Source: Minutocellus sp. GHC0000111
Taxonomy: Eukaryota
Direction of reading: 5' to 3'
Assembly: GCA_977018835.1 (NCBI GenBank)
Contig: OZ361257.1
Coordinates: forward strand, 5,270,001 to 5,334,000
DNA: 64,000 nucleotides
The translations under genes were made by a program, and so were the position numbers. Positions 21,600-34,196 of this stretch are shown piece after piece. Position 1 is the first letter of the stretch. The number at the start of each line of letters is the position of its first letter. Under the pieces are notes generated by a model. That model worked only from the letters and a program-made list of their open reading frames with translations. It searched no databases and was not told the DNA's origin.

Positions 21600-22862
21600 A
21601 TGTCCAGCTTCCCAAAGGGACGCAAGAACACGCCCAAGGGGCAAATGTCTAGCAGTGGCGCGGGCCCGGCCATCCAAATGATGCCACCGCATATCCGTGC
21701 GACGTTTATGCCCGATCCGCCCCTCGAGCACTTGCCCAATCCTGCCCGACGGCGCCCAAAGCAGTACGTCGACCCTGACGAAACAAAGGAGAAGGAGCCG
21801 GAGGAGGGGGAAAAGAAGGAGGGAGGTCAAAGTGCGACAGAGCCAAGAACAGCCAACGGGGAATCCAAAGCGGGGAGCAGTACCGATAACCCTAGGTGTC
21901 ATATGCCCAAGGTGAAGGGTGGCCTCACGGGCGTGGGTCGGTACCTGGCCCAGTTCGAACGGACACCGCCTCCACCGCGCAAGGTTGGGCCGACACCTCA
22001 GGCCATGAAGCAGGCCAAGCTGAAGAAGCTGTCCGAACAGCACGAGGAAAAGCTGCGGCCAAAGGTGGAAGCCTACCGAGCTGAGCTGAAGGAAAGCGGC
22101 GGAGAATATGAGTGCATGAACTGTTACAACACCCTTTTCGTTGGAAGACTGGCGTACGAGGTGACCGAGCGGAAACTCCTTCGAGAGATGGAGGCATTCG
22201 GCCCTGTGAAAGACCTAAGGCTTATTCGCGAGAAGCAGCCTAACGGCAGCAACGGCGATAATGGCGACCAGAACGAAGAAGTCAAGAGCCGAGGATATGC
22301 CTTCGTCGAGTATGAGCACGAAGAAGACATGAAGAGGGCGTATCGATCGGCGGATGGGATGCGCATCGAGGGACGGGCCATCGTTGTCGATGTGGAAAGG
22401 GGCCACACTGTGCCTAACTGGCTGCCTCGGCGCCTTGGAGGGGGGTTGGGCGGTACTCGTCTCGGTGGGAAGGATAAGAACTTTTCGTACCCTGGAAGAT
22501 TCGATCCGTCTAAGCCTCGACAGGCCCCCACTGGCGGCATGATGATGGGCGGTGGCGGCAGTGCCGGTGGACCCGGAGGTGGTCCTCCACCAGGGCCACC
22601 TCCGGGCTATGGATATGGTGGTGATCGAGGTGGAAGAGGAAGAGGGCGATACGACGATCGGTATGACGATCGACGGGGCGGACCGCCTCCAGGATATTAT
22701 GACGATCGGCGAGGAGGGCGGTATGACGACCGACGAGGCGGCGGTGGGTACTATGATGACCGGCGCGGTGGTGGGGGTAGTGGAGGATACTACGATGATT
22801 GAGATCGAAAGAGGCGGAGGTCTCGAAGCCGAAGCCCAGACCGAAGAAGAGGCCGCTACTAG
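21600..22862 (+). CDS. SNRNP70: U1 small nuclear ribonucleoprotein 70 kDa (in-frame TGA at 22800-22802 before the RS tail)
   Basis: RRM 'TLFVGRLAY...RGYAFVEY', 'VDVERGHTVPNWLPRRLGGGLGG'; after the TGA the same frame reads DRKRRRSRSRSPDRRRGRY*. Confidence 0.95.
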
Positions 22863-23408
22863 AGTACGGTAGATCTACTCACTCTATTGCTAGATCTATG
22901 TGCATCTACCTACCGGACGTAGGTAGATCTACATCTTAGAACACAAGCTTGTCTAGTTACCGGTACACGTACGTGTACCGACTTACTGAGTGATTTGCGG
23001 CTGCGGTACATGTACCTTTGCTTATTCTACATGTGTATTGCCGGCACTTTCTTCTCTTTCCGTCGCTTGATTGTGTCGATCTGAAAACGCTTTGTGTAGA
23101 AATTGTCATGCATGCACCGACCGGTACCGGTAGAGACTAGATCTACATCCTTATCCTCCTTTGTGAAAACTTTTGACTTGTTACATGTATTGCACGGTTG
23201 AGGCGGCCGCCGGCTAATGCTCACACACGGCAGGGTCAGAGCGCACGAGAAAACCGGTTCCATGGTACTGTAGCTCCACGTATGTGCTGAAATTTCACAT
23301 AGGGCTCAACCCAGATAACCAACCAAATATATCTCCTCCTCTGCGCGCAGGAACTGGCCCTTTAATTAGCGTTTTGTCCTTCAATGTGGCTGGGTACTAC
23401 CGGTAGTA

Positions 23409-23611
23409 GGAAGGGTGGTATTCCCCAGGTGATAAATCGCCGCCCCAGGTGACAATTTGGTTGATTCGACTTTTGATTCAGGATTTTCATGGGAAGTTTT
23501 GCACTCTCTGTGCCAGTGTAAAAAAATATCAAAACCGAATCAACCAAAAACCGAATCAACCAAATTATCACCAGGAACGACAAATTATCACGTGGGGAGT
23601 GCCACCCTTCC
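23409..23611. mobile_element. 203-bp TA-flanked MITE with GGAA...TTCC ends
   Basis: TA 23407-8 and 23612-13; TIR ggaagggtggtattccccaggtgataa vs ggaagggtggcactccccacgtgataa (reverse complement of right end), plus internal inverted ggttgattcg/cgaatcaacc repeats. Confidence 0.85.
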
Positions 23612-24091
23612 TAACTCTCCGTCCGGAACCTCACATTCACTCGTGCCAATCATCCGGGGCTGCGTTTAAGACAACCAGTACCACCGGTTGACTAGGCTCG
23701 ACTCTAAATGTACATGCACTCTGTCTAGCTACTAGACTCTAGATCTACGTAGATCTACATGTGCCGGTGCCCTGGTCACGGCAGCTACCGGTACCTACGT
23801 AGCTAGGCCTCTAGTCTAGCTACCTACGCGATACGAAGCTACCGGTGCAATGGAAAACGACGGCCAGGCCGACGACCAAGTGATGCCATCGCCATCGCCA
23901 TCCCTTGGACCGACCAGCGAGCGCTACCACTACTTGACTACTACTACTGTAGCTACGTAGCTAGCTACGACGTAGTAGCTACGTAGCAGTATCGACAGTA
24001 TCGACGTCACAGCCATTCGAACATCCGCAGGCGAGACGCAGCAGCTCGAGACGCGACAATTGCACCGCTGTGACATCGTCACAAGCAAGCC

Positions 24092-25080
24092 ATGGTCGCT
24101 GGACTTCTGCTCACTGTGACCGTTGCCGCTCTTTACCAGCCGGTGCCACTCGCATCCGCTTTCTCTATGGACATGATGAGTTCCTCTGTTTCAACAAGTA
24201 AACCTTCGGCGGCGAAAGTAATCGACTCACACTTGCATGTCTGGGCAAGTCGTGACGAGGCAGCTAAAGGTTACCCGTACGCCGAAGGCCAGGAGCCACC
24301 ACAAAACCTTGCAGACAGGGCGTCAACCTTGGAGCTTCTCAAGCATATGGACCAGGCCGGTGTCGACGGTGCTCTGATCGTCCAACCAATCAATCACAAA
24401 TTCGACCATTCCTATGTCGAGGCTGCGATAAGGGAGCACCCATCTAAGTTTAAGGGCATGTTGTTGGTTGATCCCGCATTGCCCCCAGCCGACGCGGTCC
24501 AGCGCTTGGAGGAGCTGGCACTAAAGGGATTCGTTGGTGTACGATTCAATCCATATTTGTGGCCAAAAGGGCACCTCATGTCGGAAAAGGGTGGTTGTGG
24601 CGAGGCTATTTTCAAGCGGTGCGCAGAGCTGCAGATGCCAGTCGGTTTCATGGTCTTCAAGGGCCTCGAAAACCACATTGATGACGTTTGTTCGCTCATC
24701 GAATCGTCCCCTGAGACGGCAGTTATACTTGACCATCTTGGCTTTACCGGTCTGAAGAATGATGGTTCATTCAAACAATTATTGACCTTGGCAAAGTACC
24801 AAATGTGAACGTGAAGATATCGGCTTTGTTTCGAGTCGCTGGACCAGGAAATGATCCGTATCCCTACGAAGGCGTCAGAGCTAAAAGATTCGTACCTCTT
24901 TTACAAGAATTTGGGGCAGATCGACTTCTAGCAGGGACCGATTTTCCTTTCGTCTTAGAAGAAGATGGTGGTTACTGCGGAACCATTCGAGTGATTCAAT
25001 CTTGGCTTGCTGATGCTTCGGAAAAGGAACGCGCACTAGTAATGGGAGGAACGGCCGAGAGGCTCTTTGGGCCTTGGTAG
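24092..25080 (+). CDS. Amidohydrolase-2 family protein, probably plastid-targeted (1-nt frameshift at ~24800)
   Basis: Signal peptide plus 'ASAF'; 'IDSHLHVW', 'ILDHLG', 'GTDFP'; adding one C gives 'KYPNVNVKISA'. Confidence 0.85.
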
Positions 25081-25438
25081 CTCCATTTCTGTCACCAATT
25101 TATTTGACCATGCGCAAGACCTTCTCTCGCAAAATACGATAACGCAAGCCGAGAGTGCACGCACATCAATATGTTCAACGCATTTTATAATTACTTTTGC
25201 ATATTAATACCTTACTCTTACGTTCTACTTTTTGAAATTAGTGCTACACCTATGCCTATACACGGACAAGATCTTTTGGACAGGATCTTGTACATATATA
25301 GTTGGATCGGTCCATATTTGATGGTGATTAAACCTTCTTCCTTTCCTTCCTCTTCTGCGCCCACTCCAACGCACGGGTTCTATCCGCCTCCAGCCGTTGC
25401 TGTTTGTTGAGCCTATTCTCTCCCGCAGCGCATGTATT

Positions 25439-26014
25439 TTAACGGCGGCCTGGACTCAGGGAGGTACGGCGCAAATGTAGACGACCGGGAGTCGAAGCAC
25501 TCTGCGCAGCATCTCCGAGTCCAATTTCTCCCTCGTTGCGAAGAGAGCGCATTCGAGCGCGAGTTGGGGTATAGATACTAGAAGGATGGTTGCCACGATC
25601 GTGAGATCGAAGACGAACGGGAGAAGGTGACTCTGTGTGGCGACGGCCTGATGTTGGAGCCAGGGGAAATTCCTCATTGAAGCTGGAGATGGAGGGGTCC
25701 CTTTCCATAGGGAGGATGCCATCATACTCCTCGGCAAGACGAGTCATCACTCCTCCTCTAGCACGTCCAATTGTAGAAAGGAGGCTCTTTTCCCTCTTGA
25801 GATCCTTGAGTTCTTCGTAGAGCCGATGCGCTTTTTCACGAAGGTAATAGTTCTCTTCCTCAACGTCGTCATCGTTCCTGGGAAAGAAAGTAAGGCGAAG
25901 CTTAATGGGGCACGGAAATTCTTTGGTTAAGTGCTCAAGCAGGATTGCAACCCCAACAGCGAAGATAATGGCGGAGATAACACCGGTGATTATGCCAAAT
26001 AAGAATTGGGACAT
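25439..26014 (-). CDS. Hypothetical protein with N-terminal transmembrane helix
   Basis: 191-aa ATG ORF with hydrophobic N-terminus and a short coiled coil. Confidence 0.55.
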   Translation of the reverse strand: MSQFLFGIITGVISAIIFAVGVAILLEHLTKEFPCPIKLRLTFFPRNDDDVEEENYYLREKAHRLYEELKDLKREKSLLSTIGRARGGVMTRLAEEYDGILPMERDPSISSFNEEFPLAPTSGRRHTESPSPVRLRSHDRGNHPSSIYTPTRARMRSLRNEGEIGLGDAAQSASTPGRLHLRRTSLSPGRR

Positions 26015-26738
26015 GATATCAAAAGTATGGGCAATTGTACCTGGCTACTGTGGGATTTGTGACGAATAAATGGATTCTAGCTAGACGCAACAGACTGTGT
26101 GTCTAAGTAAAAATGAAGGCCGAGTGCGACGTGAAACGACTGAAGAGAGTGACTTGGATGGATGGATCTAGCTGAAAGGAAATGACAGATGGCCACACAA
26201 CTCTTACTTCAAGTGCCAACGATTACAAGAAATGCCTCAAATGATTAGAATGGATCCCTCCTGGTCATCAGGCCTGCAGCAAAATATTTTGGCGAGATGA
26301 GAGAGATTTTTGTGTGAAGTACGATCATACGACTTTTTCGCTCTGAGAGTGACAGCTTGCCAAAAAGAAAATCAAATTCGAAGTATTGCTCTTCCACGTA
26401 GAAATTCCTATCAAGTCAAGATAGATGACTATTTGATAAACGTTTACGTAGATTCGATTCCTCCTACCAACAGTATTCATATAGATAAAACATTTATCAG
26501 ATTAGAAGATGGGCATCAAAGCGATTGAAACACATGGAGGAATTCCTATAAAAGCTACATGCAGGAATTCCTAGGAATCCTAGCTCCAGTTTTGTAGAAA
26601 GAAGGACAGAGAAATCAATATGTTCTTCGAATCTCCGCTCCCACGTCGTACTCAAACAAGCTACCAGTGTATAGATCTATCACTCAAGCTAGAGACCTCG
26701 TCCAAGGAGCACTCCTCTACCTACACTAGTAGCCAGTT

Positions 26739-29189
26739 CTAGTTTCTCAGCGATTTCAGACCCATCCTTCCCCTGCTAATGGGTCTACTACGCGACGCTG
26801 CTCTCTGTGCCGGATATCCTGGCTTGGACTGATGATCGAATCTATCACCTCCAAGGGCACGACCTCTCGACTTGGCTCGGCTGGGAGCTCGGGACGCGGC
26901 AGCGTGGTTTCCGACATCCGAGAGAGGTTGATTTCCAAAGCCTCCTCCTTTTCCTCCTCCCCTTCCTCCCCGTTTCGCACCAGACAAGGGCTTGGCATAA
27001 TAGCCAGAATCACTCGTATTCCGATTCGAGTTTTTCTGCTCCTGTTGTTTCTGTAGCTTCAGTGCCATCTCATTTTCCTTGTAGGAATTCCACTCCTCCT
27101 GTTGTCGTTGCATGGCGTCGAGGTAAACTTCTCCATGATAGAGGAAGGGCTCGTCGTGGGTCTTGCGCCATTCCCGAAGCTTCCGCTCGAGGTAGTCGGT
27201 AGCCTTGGGAAGGTCCTTCTTGATCCTACGGGCAATCTTCTCCTCCTTCATCAGCTGCTTGGTCAAGGCCGATCCGCGCTGCTGCAGCCTCGAAGGGTCC
27301 TTCTGCAGCTCTTCGTCCTCCATGCGCTCTCGGATGATCTCCTCCCGCTTCGAAATGACCTTGAGGATGGGTTGCATCTCCTCGTACCGCCGCTGCAGGT
27401 GCTGTATGTACGCGTCGTGTTCGGCCAGCAGCTCGTCGGAGTAACGATTCTCGTCGGCAATACCGAACGCGCGAAAGGCGGAGCGCTGCGAGTCTGTTGC
27501 TGACGTTTCTTCCCACAGTCGCTCGATCTCATCCCTGGCCTCATCGATGAGACGGCCCATCATGGCAGCCTTGAGCTCCAGAAGCCTCCCAAGCTCGACC
27601 TCACCCTTTCGGATGGTGTCCATACCTAAACCCTTGACAGATTCGGCGAATGCCCGCTGCTCCGCTTCAGGGACGTGCAATTTCTCCCAGAGGGTGGCAA
27701 TCTCGGCACCCATCTCTCCCAGCCGTGCCTTCCTCCGACGTTTCTCGCCATTTAACTCCGCCACCCGTTCGGTAAGCTCCTCCAGCGCTCTGGAGCCAAT
27801 GCCTGTGCAGTCCTCCGACTCCTCCGTCGATGTCATGACGATATCGTCCGACACGGGATCGCGAGCCAGGCTGCCCATGATCTGCCGATCCAAGCTGGAT
27901 CGATTGGGAGGACCGAACTGGCCGCTGCTGGCATCGGCCTCGACGCGCAGCTCGCGGATGAGATGCTGGCAATCCTTGAGAAGACCAACGATGGTTTGGG
28001 TGCGAAGTTGGACCTCCTGGTCCATTTCAGCAACGCGATGGTGGAAGGCACGACGGCGGTCATCGGTGAGATCGGTGGTGACGTCCTTCCATTCATCCTC
28101 CAGGTCTGTGCCAAGAGCAGCATGGGCCGATTGAAGCTTGGTGCGGCATTCTGTGAGGTCTTCCGTCGCGGCAGAGGCACTGCTCCTCAAATCATCGAGG
28201 GTAACCTCCAAGGAGGCCAATTCGTCGGTGAGGGTGGTGGATATGGCATTGAGATTGGCAGCCGTTGAAGGACGATAGTATGGTGAATTGGGGGTGGCCA
28301 TCGCACCATCACCCCCCTCCTCGACATCACCATCATCACTACTAGTGCCGTCACCATTTTCGTCGTCCAGATGTTGCTTCTGCTGCTTGGCTCCTTGCTG
28401 TTCCTCCCTTCGACGAGCCTTTTGGACGGCGTCCCACAATTCCGGGTCGATGTCCACCTTCAAAGCCTGTGATAAATGCACAATCTCCTCCCGAGCGGCA
28501 TCGATTTCCTTCCGGAAAGTCTGTGCCACTCCTCTCTCTTCGGCGACCTTGTCATCGCAAACCTGGCGGAACTTGGCCAGCAGGTCGGAGAGTTGGGCGG
28601 CCCGTTCGTCGGGGGAGTATCCGACCTCATCCCACACGGCCTCGAGGTGCATCGCCGTGGACGACGCCAGCTGCTGGAGGGAGGTGGTGATGGTCTGGGA
28701 CGGTGGGACGAGCATCATGGATGTGGGCGTGGCCTGGGCGTGGAGGGCAACCGAAGCCGACGTGTGTCCGCCACCGTGCGAGGGGTGCGAGTGTGCCGTG
28801 ATGGCCGAATGGGCCGAGGAGGGATTGTGCGCCGTCCCGCCGATGCTGGTCAGCCCCAGCGCGCTTGCCGTCGATCTGCCAGTGCTGCCGGGGCCAGTAC
28901 TACCAATGCTGGCCCGACCGCCGCCGGCGCTGGTACTGCCCCTGGATCCTACCGAACCGGCAGAGTTGAGCATGGCGAGGGAGGATATCCTCCGACCGCT
29001 GCCGCTGAGGCTCAGACTGGCGCCACTTCCCGGAGCTGCTCCAATGTCGCCGACGTCGTCCTCGACAGTGGTCTGCTGCTGCTCCTGCCGATCATGGAAT
29101 GACGATCGCGGCGGCGGAGACAGGAACGACACTGTCGGAGAACGGTGCGATGGCTGCTGCTGCTGCTGCTGCTGATAGTACCTGGACAT
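26739..29189 (-). CDS. Microtubule-associated protein MAP65/Ase1/PRC1 family
   Basis: 'LEAVWDEVGYS..ER', 'LWEKLHVPE', 'IERLWEE', 'KDPSRL..RG...LMKEEK..RRIKKDLPK', 'PFLYHG..YL'. Confidence 0.9.
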   Translation of the reverse strand: MSRYYQQQQQQQPSHRSPTVSFLSPPPRSSFHDRQEQQQTTVEDDVGDIGAAPGSGASLSLSGSGRRISSLAMLNSAGSVGSRGSTSAGGGRASIGSTGPGSTGRSTASALGLTSIGGTAHNPSSAHSAITAHSHPSHGGGHTSASVALHAQATPTSMMLVPPSQTITTSLQQLASSTAMHLEAVWDEVGYSPDERAAQLSDLLAKFRQVCDDKVAEERGVAQTFRKEIDAAREEIVHLSQALKVDIDPELWDAVQKARRREEQQGAKQQKQHLDDENGDGTSSDDGDVEEGGDGAMATPNSPYYRPSTAANLNAISTTLTDELASLEVTLDDLRSSASAATEDLTECRTKLQSAHAALGTDLEDEWKDVTTDLTDDRRRAFHHRVAEMDQEVQLRTQTIVGLLKDCQHLIRELRVEADASSGQFGPPNRSSLDRQIMGSLARDPVSDDIVMTSTEESEDCTGIGSRALEELTERVAELNGEKRRRKARLGEMGAEIATLWEKLHVPEAEQRAFAESVKGLGMDTIRKGEVELGRLLELKAAMMGRLIDEARDEIERLWEETSATDSQRSAFRAFGIADENRYSDELLAEHDAYIQHLQRRYEEMQPILKVISKREEIIRERMEDEELQKDPSRLQQRGSALTKQLMKEEKIARRIKKDLPKATDYLERKLREWRKTHDEPFLYHGEVYLDAMQRQQEEWNSYKENEMALKLQKQQEQKNSNRNTSDSGYYAKPLSGAKRGGRGGGKGGGFGNQPLSDVGNHAAASRAPSRAKSRGRALGGDRFDHQSKPGYPAQRAASRSRPISRGRMGLKSLRN

Positions 29190-29741
29190 GGTTGGCACAG
29201 ACTGGATCAATCGACGAAAACGAAAACGAAATCGACGAAGCGAGAGTGAGAGCGAAAGTCTTTTGAAAGGGCGCTGCTATGCTGGACCAAGGCAACGACT
29301 TGAAACTGAGAACCCTGCCTGCGATGCCTTTGATTTGAGTTCTCTGGCCAGGCAGCGGCACTGCTATTAACACTATCACAGCAGCAAAGCGAACCAATGT
29401 CGTTTGCAAGTGGTCTGCTTCTAACTAATCATGAGGTCAGAGCGTTGCGAAGCGGAGGCAACGGTTTTTTTCTCGTCGAAGTCGTAGATCTACTAGTCGA
29501 GTGAGTCGACGTAGTCGAGTGAGTCGAGTCAGTCTAATATGGATTCGTGGCCGGCCTGCTACTGCTAGTACGTAGGCCTACTACGTAGCTAGGCCTACGT
29601 ACCTAGGCCTAGGTAGCTCGCTAGGCCTAGCCTAGTATGCTGCTAATGCTGCCGATGCCGCCTCCACTCTCGTCTTAGGCAGGCAGGGCAGGGCACCAGC
29701 AGTCAAAGCAAATCAAATCGCCAGCAATAGTAGGAAGGAAT

Positions 29742-30835
29742 ATGGTGGTGCAACACATCATCCGCACACGTACTACCATTGGTAGTACTGGTACAAAAAT
29801 TCTCCCTCTGAGACGACGGGTAGTACCCCGATCATCGTGCAGTTGTCTTCCGTGGTCGGCTGTGGTGGGTTCCGTGGTCGGCTGTGGTGGGTGGCATGGC
29901 AACGGCAGGGCATCTCGTCCCTTCTCGTCCACTTCCGCCGTCATCTCTCCCCGGAACGCATCACCCTCGGCCTCCTCCTCTGTCTCGGTCGAGGAGGTGG
30001 CCCATTTTGATACTCTTGCCTCGACGTGGTGGGACGCCGAGCGGAACCCCCTTATCGGGATGAATCCGACAAGAGTTTCGTACATTGTCGAAACATTGCG
30101 GACGACGACATCTGGTGCTGGTGCTGGTGCTGGTGGCGGCAGCATGATCTGCGACGATGGCAATAATTCGTCATCGTCGCCAACTGCTCCTCCCCATCGC
30201 CCTCTGCATGGGTTGCGTGCCCTCGATGTGGGATGTGGAGGCGGACTGCTTTCAGAGTCCCTGGCTCGATTGGGCGCCAGTGTGTGTGCCGTTGACCCTA
30301 GTTTTCAGGTCGCCAAAGCCGCAAGGGAGCACTCGCAACACCATCCTCTAACAAAGACCATCGATTATCGAGGGGGAACGTCCGTGGAAGAGCTGGCAAG
30401 GGAGCTAACCGCCATTGGCGACGACGATGACTCAGTGCACGTTGCAACAGATAATACAAACACCTCTGCTCACCTTTTTGACTTGGTCTGCGTCTTGGAG
30501 GTGGTCGAACATGCAACAGACCCACAAAAATTACTCGACAGTGCCTGCCGACTCCTTCGGCCGGGGGGGTTGCTGTTTGTATCCACACTGAACCGAACTG
30601 CCAAGCCGGCGCGGAGCATATTATGCGGATGGTACCGGTTGGAACGCACAGATGGGAGAAGTTCCTGTCTCCGGCAGAAGTGAACGGGATGATAACTTCA
30701 TCGAAGGAGGCAAAGATGGAGGTGGTGGACGTTTGCGGCATGGTGCTGAAGCCTCCGTTCATCGACATGAATTGGACATTGGATCGGAATGATACCGACG
30801 TCAACTGGATCGGAGCATATCGGAAAGAAGAATGA
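29742..30835 (+). CDS. COQ3: Ubiquinone biosynthesis O-methyltransferase (frameshifting apparent deletion at ~30606)
   Basis: 'EVAHF..LA..WWD', 'MNPTRVSYI', 'ALDVGCGGGLLSESLARLGA', 'LEVVEH', 'STLNRT', then in another frame 'GAEHIMRMVPVGTHRWEKFLSP'. Confidence 0.9.
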
Positions 30836-31053
30836 AGAAACAATAAGGGTCACAGAGGAGAGCTATCGGTGCTCTTCCGTACTGGCTGGATAGCTATGGA
30901 GTGAGTCTCTACTACCGGTATGTAGCGTAGACCTATCGGTAGCTCAAACAGATTGATTCTACACATACATAACATACGCGTTGCAATCTGAACAGTTAGC
31001 GTAGAATTTACCTTTATATCTACACAATATACACAAACTAGATAGCTACGTAG

Positions 31054-33929
31054 CTACGCACTATCATCCTCAGAATAACTACCGCTACTTGTCATCCGAA
31101 TTCTTGACGATGGATCAATGGCTCGAAGTTTCTTCATCATGCCCGAGTCTGTTGCATGTTTTGAAGTACCCAGAGTGTCGATTCCCTTCGACGGATCCTC
31201 AAACATTAAGCGCAGAAATTCGGAGTAATCGATCTAATAATACATAGCCATGGGAGGGGGTAGGGGGGGGGATAAAGAGACAAACGATGAGACAGAAACT
31301 TGAATTTTTGATGTACATGCGCTTGCTTTTCAATCAAGCCTAAAAAAATTAGGTCTCACCTGTCCATTCTTTTTGTAATCGGCCTCATCCAGCATTTGAT
31401 CAACTACATCTTCACGATAGTTATCTCCCAAAATGTTCTTAAGATCATCTCTTGATATGTAGCCTTTCCCATCGGAGTCAATTCGATCGAAGGCATCGCC
31501 AAGGCTTCCCATAGTGATAAGTCCTTGGCTTTCCACTAAAGAGAACGAAGCGGTAGTGATAGTGATGAAGTGAGTTGCCGACACACATGCAGTAAAAACA
31601 CAAGCTACATATAGAGCATCCAGCAAAACCAATATCAAACTTATAAAGATACAATCCACACAAATTAGCTAGCCAGAGATTGGGGTGACCTACCAACAGC
31701 TGCCAAGAATTCGTTCCAGTGAATTTGACTAAATATAAATGAAGGAGAAAGAATGTGTGTTGCAGAATAGAATAGAAAGGATGGGACGGAGGGTGAGAGA
31801 CGTTGTGGAGAACGCAATTTTCCCAGCAACAATTCATCCAGACTCACCCACTGCAATCAACTGTGAAACGGTGGAAGAAAACAATAAAGAGCATATTTCA
31901 ATTATTAAGTGAAATAGCGAGACGAATCAGAATCAAATCACAGGAAGGGGCTGCATGCACACGCAGTACAAACGTCCAATAATTATTACGTTCAATACAA
32001 TTACACAATATCGATGGCATCAAATAGCACTCACCATCAATGCCATGGAATAGCTTTTCGATTGTTTCATCGTCCATGTGTCGATCCGAGTGAACCTGCT
32101 GAAGAGCTTTCTTCAAATCCACCAGAGTAACAGTACCGGATGCCTCCGTATCAAGCACAACAAAAATATCGCGAAGCTCATGGAGACTTGTTTTGTCCAT
32201 AGAATACGCCATGCACATCAGGATAGTCTTTTTCAATTCTGAATACTCGGCTGTAAGGGTTTGGTAAGAAAAACACCCAAACAATAAAATGAGACGAGAA
32301 GATCGTGATTCGCTACATGTAAAGAAATAAAGCGGGCAACATTTTACGAGGACTTACCATACTTTTTCATCCCCTTGATCATTTGTGAGTCCATTCTCAT
32401 GAGAGATCTTTTTGAACCAACGGAGCGAGTTAAGGTTTCGCGTTTGGTATGGGGAGAAGACGACGCAACCTTGGTTGGAGTCTGGGCTTGCTCATCGAAG
32501 CTTACTTCCTTTGTCAGTGGCGATTTCTTCTTCAATTTCTGGTTCTGCTCATTCCATTTCTCCAAACTTTCGAGATGCGGGATCCATACCTCTTGAACAA
32601 ATTCCAGCGCATCTGCTGCCGACCATCGGTCTGAAGGATCTCTTTGGAATGATTGCGTGACAAAGTCTTTAGCTGCAGTGGAAACTTCTCTTTCTTCCCA
32701 CTCGGGGCCGAAGCAATACTTTGCATCCCTAAGCAGAATTTTTCTCTCTTCGTCCTCCAAATCATGCGACCCTCTAAGAAACGGATAGGATCTAGAAAGC
32801 AGAATGAATGCAATTACTCCAATGCTCCAGATATCAGTTTGTTCAGTACATCCGTCGCCACTTAACATTCTAAAGTAGCCAATGCGAGGAACAGTTTTAT
32901 CCATATTATGTACTCATACTTAGTTAGAAAGATAAATAATATAAATATAGATAGGCAGAGAGCGTGTGTAAAATCGAGCACTTACTCTGGGGCGGCAGTG
33001 TACAGAGTTCCACAAGCCCGAAGCATCTTTTGTCCTTTAGTGAACTTGTTGGATAGCCCAAAGTCTTTTTATTAAGAAGGGGAAATAGAGGGACAAGGGG
33101 GGGGGGATGAGTTGAATAGAAACGAACGCCATTGATTGTTGCGAAACTCGCCATTGAAGGATGACTTTCTTTTTTCCTTACCTATAAGTTTGATTGGAGC
33201 CGACGGCGAGTCATCGGCAAAAAGAATGTTTTCCATCTTCAAATCTCTATGGCAAACGTTTCGACGATGTAAATATTTGATGGCCATGAGTATCTGCTCT
33301 AGGATGATCACAACGTCGGCCTCGTTCATTGTATTCGCTCGGGCCGTCAGGTCTCCGCCTGTGCACAATTCCATCACGAGCCAGATTTTCCTCTTCAGGG
33401 TAAAGACCTCGTATAGCTGAATTATGTTAGGATGGTCCAGATCTCTGAGAATATCAATTTCATTGAGGTATTCCATAATGTCGGATTCTTTCATCCAAGG
33501 TGTGTTGAGAGTTTTGCAAGCGTAACGCCGACGATGCTTCGGCACCCCGACATCGTCACCTCCACCTCTTGTGCCGTTGTTGGTGGCGGCGTGATACTCC
33601 TCGTTCATCTTCTTGGATATTTCTGCGGCAATCTTGGTGGTCTCGTCGTTATCTCTCTCCGACATGGCGGCAAGATCTTCCGTCCTTTTGTCGACCTTTT
33701 CCGACGTATCATATTTCTTTCGACAGATCGCTACCTCGCCCATGCTGCCCTGACCAATGATTTCCATTATTTCATACACGTCCGTCACTGGCATTTCGCG
33801 CCACCAAGCCATCCTCTGCCGAGTCGTCGGTGCCCCATGAATTGAGGATGCCATCAGATCCTCGACGCTTGGGCTGTGCGGCATGTTGGCTGGTGGCGGT
33901 TCCGCGCCCTTTGAAGTACAGGCACCCAT
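31054..33929 (-). CDS. Calcium-dependent protein kinase (kinase plus 4 EF-hand region, N-myristoylation motif)
   Basis: Exons 33929-33182, 33064-32986, 32869-32358, 32250-32035, 31860-31848, 31728-31694, 31535-31360, 31233-31054 splice in frame; MGACTSK, HRDLKMEN, DFG, APE, EF loops DTEASGTV, DVDCSGQI, DSDGKGYI, DYKKNGQI. Confidence 0.9.
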
Positions 33930-34196
33930 GAAAATTGCGAGGCGTAGGCAGGCGGGAGGCTGTCGACCAGATTGCTCCCGTAGGATTAGATATCGCGATT
34001 GCCGCTAACGCGAATGAGGTAGGCCTATGTGGCGCACGGAGCCATGATGAGTTGGGCTCTGGGCCGGCTCGCTCTGCTGGGGTAGGCTACATGCAGGGTT
34101 GGGGGCGGGTGCTGCTGCCATCACCTGCTGCTGCCCGCTCTAGCTAGCTAGCTAGGCCTAGCTACGTAGTAGAGCTGCGGCTGCTTTCCAGATATT

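Noticed and set aside
28288..29175. Long antisense ORFs (also 27547-28134, 40148-40837, 17482-17988)
   Set aside because: Shadow frames of GC-rich real genes on the opposite strand; no recognisable motifs.
31054..33929. Introner-type repeated introns in the intron-rich CDPK
   Set aside because: The seven introns share no evident similarity or terminal repeats.
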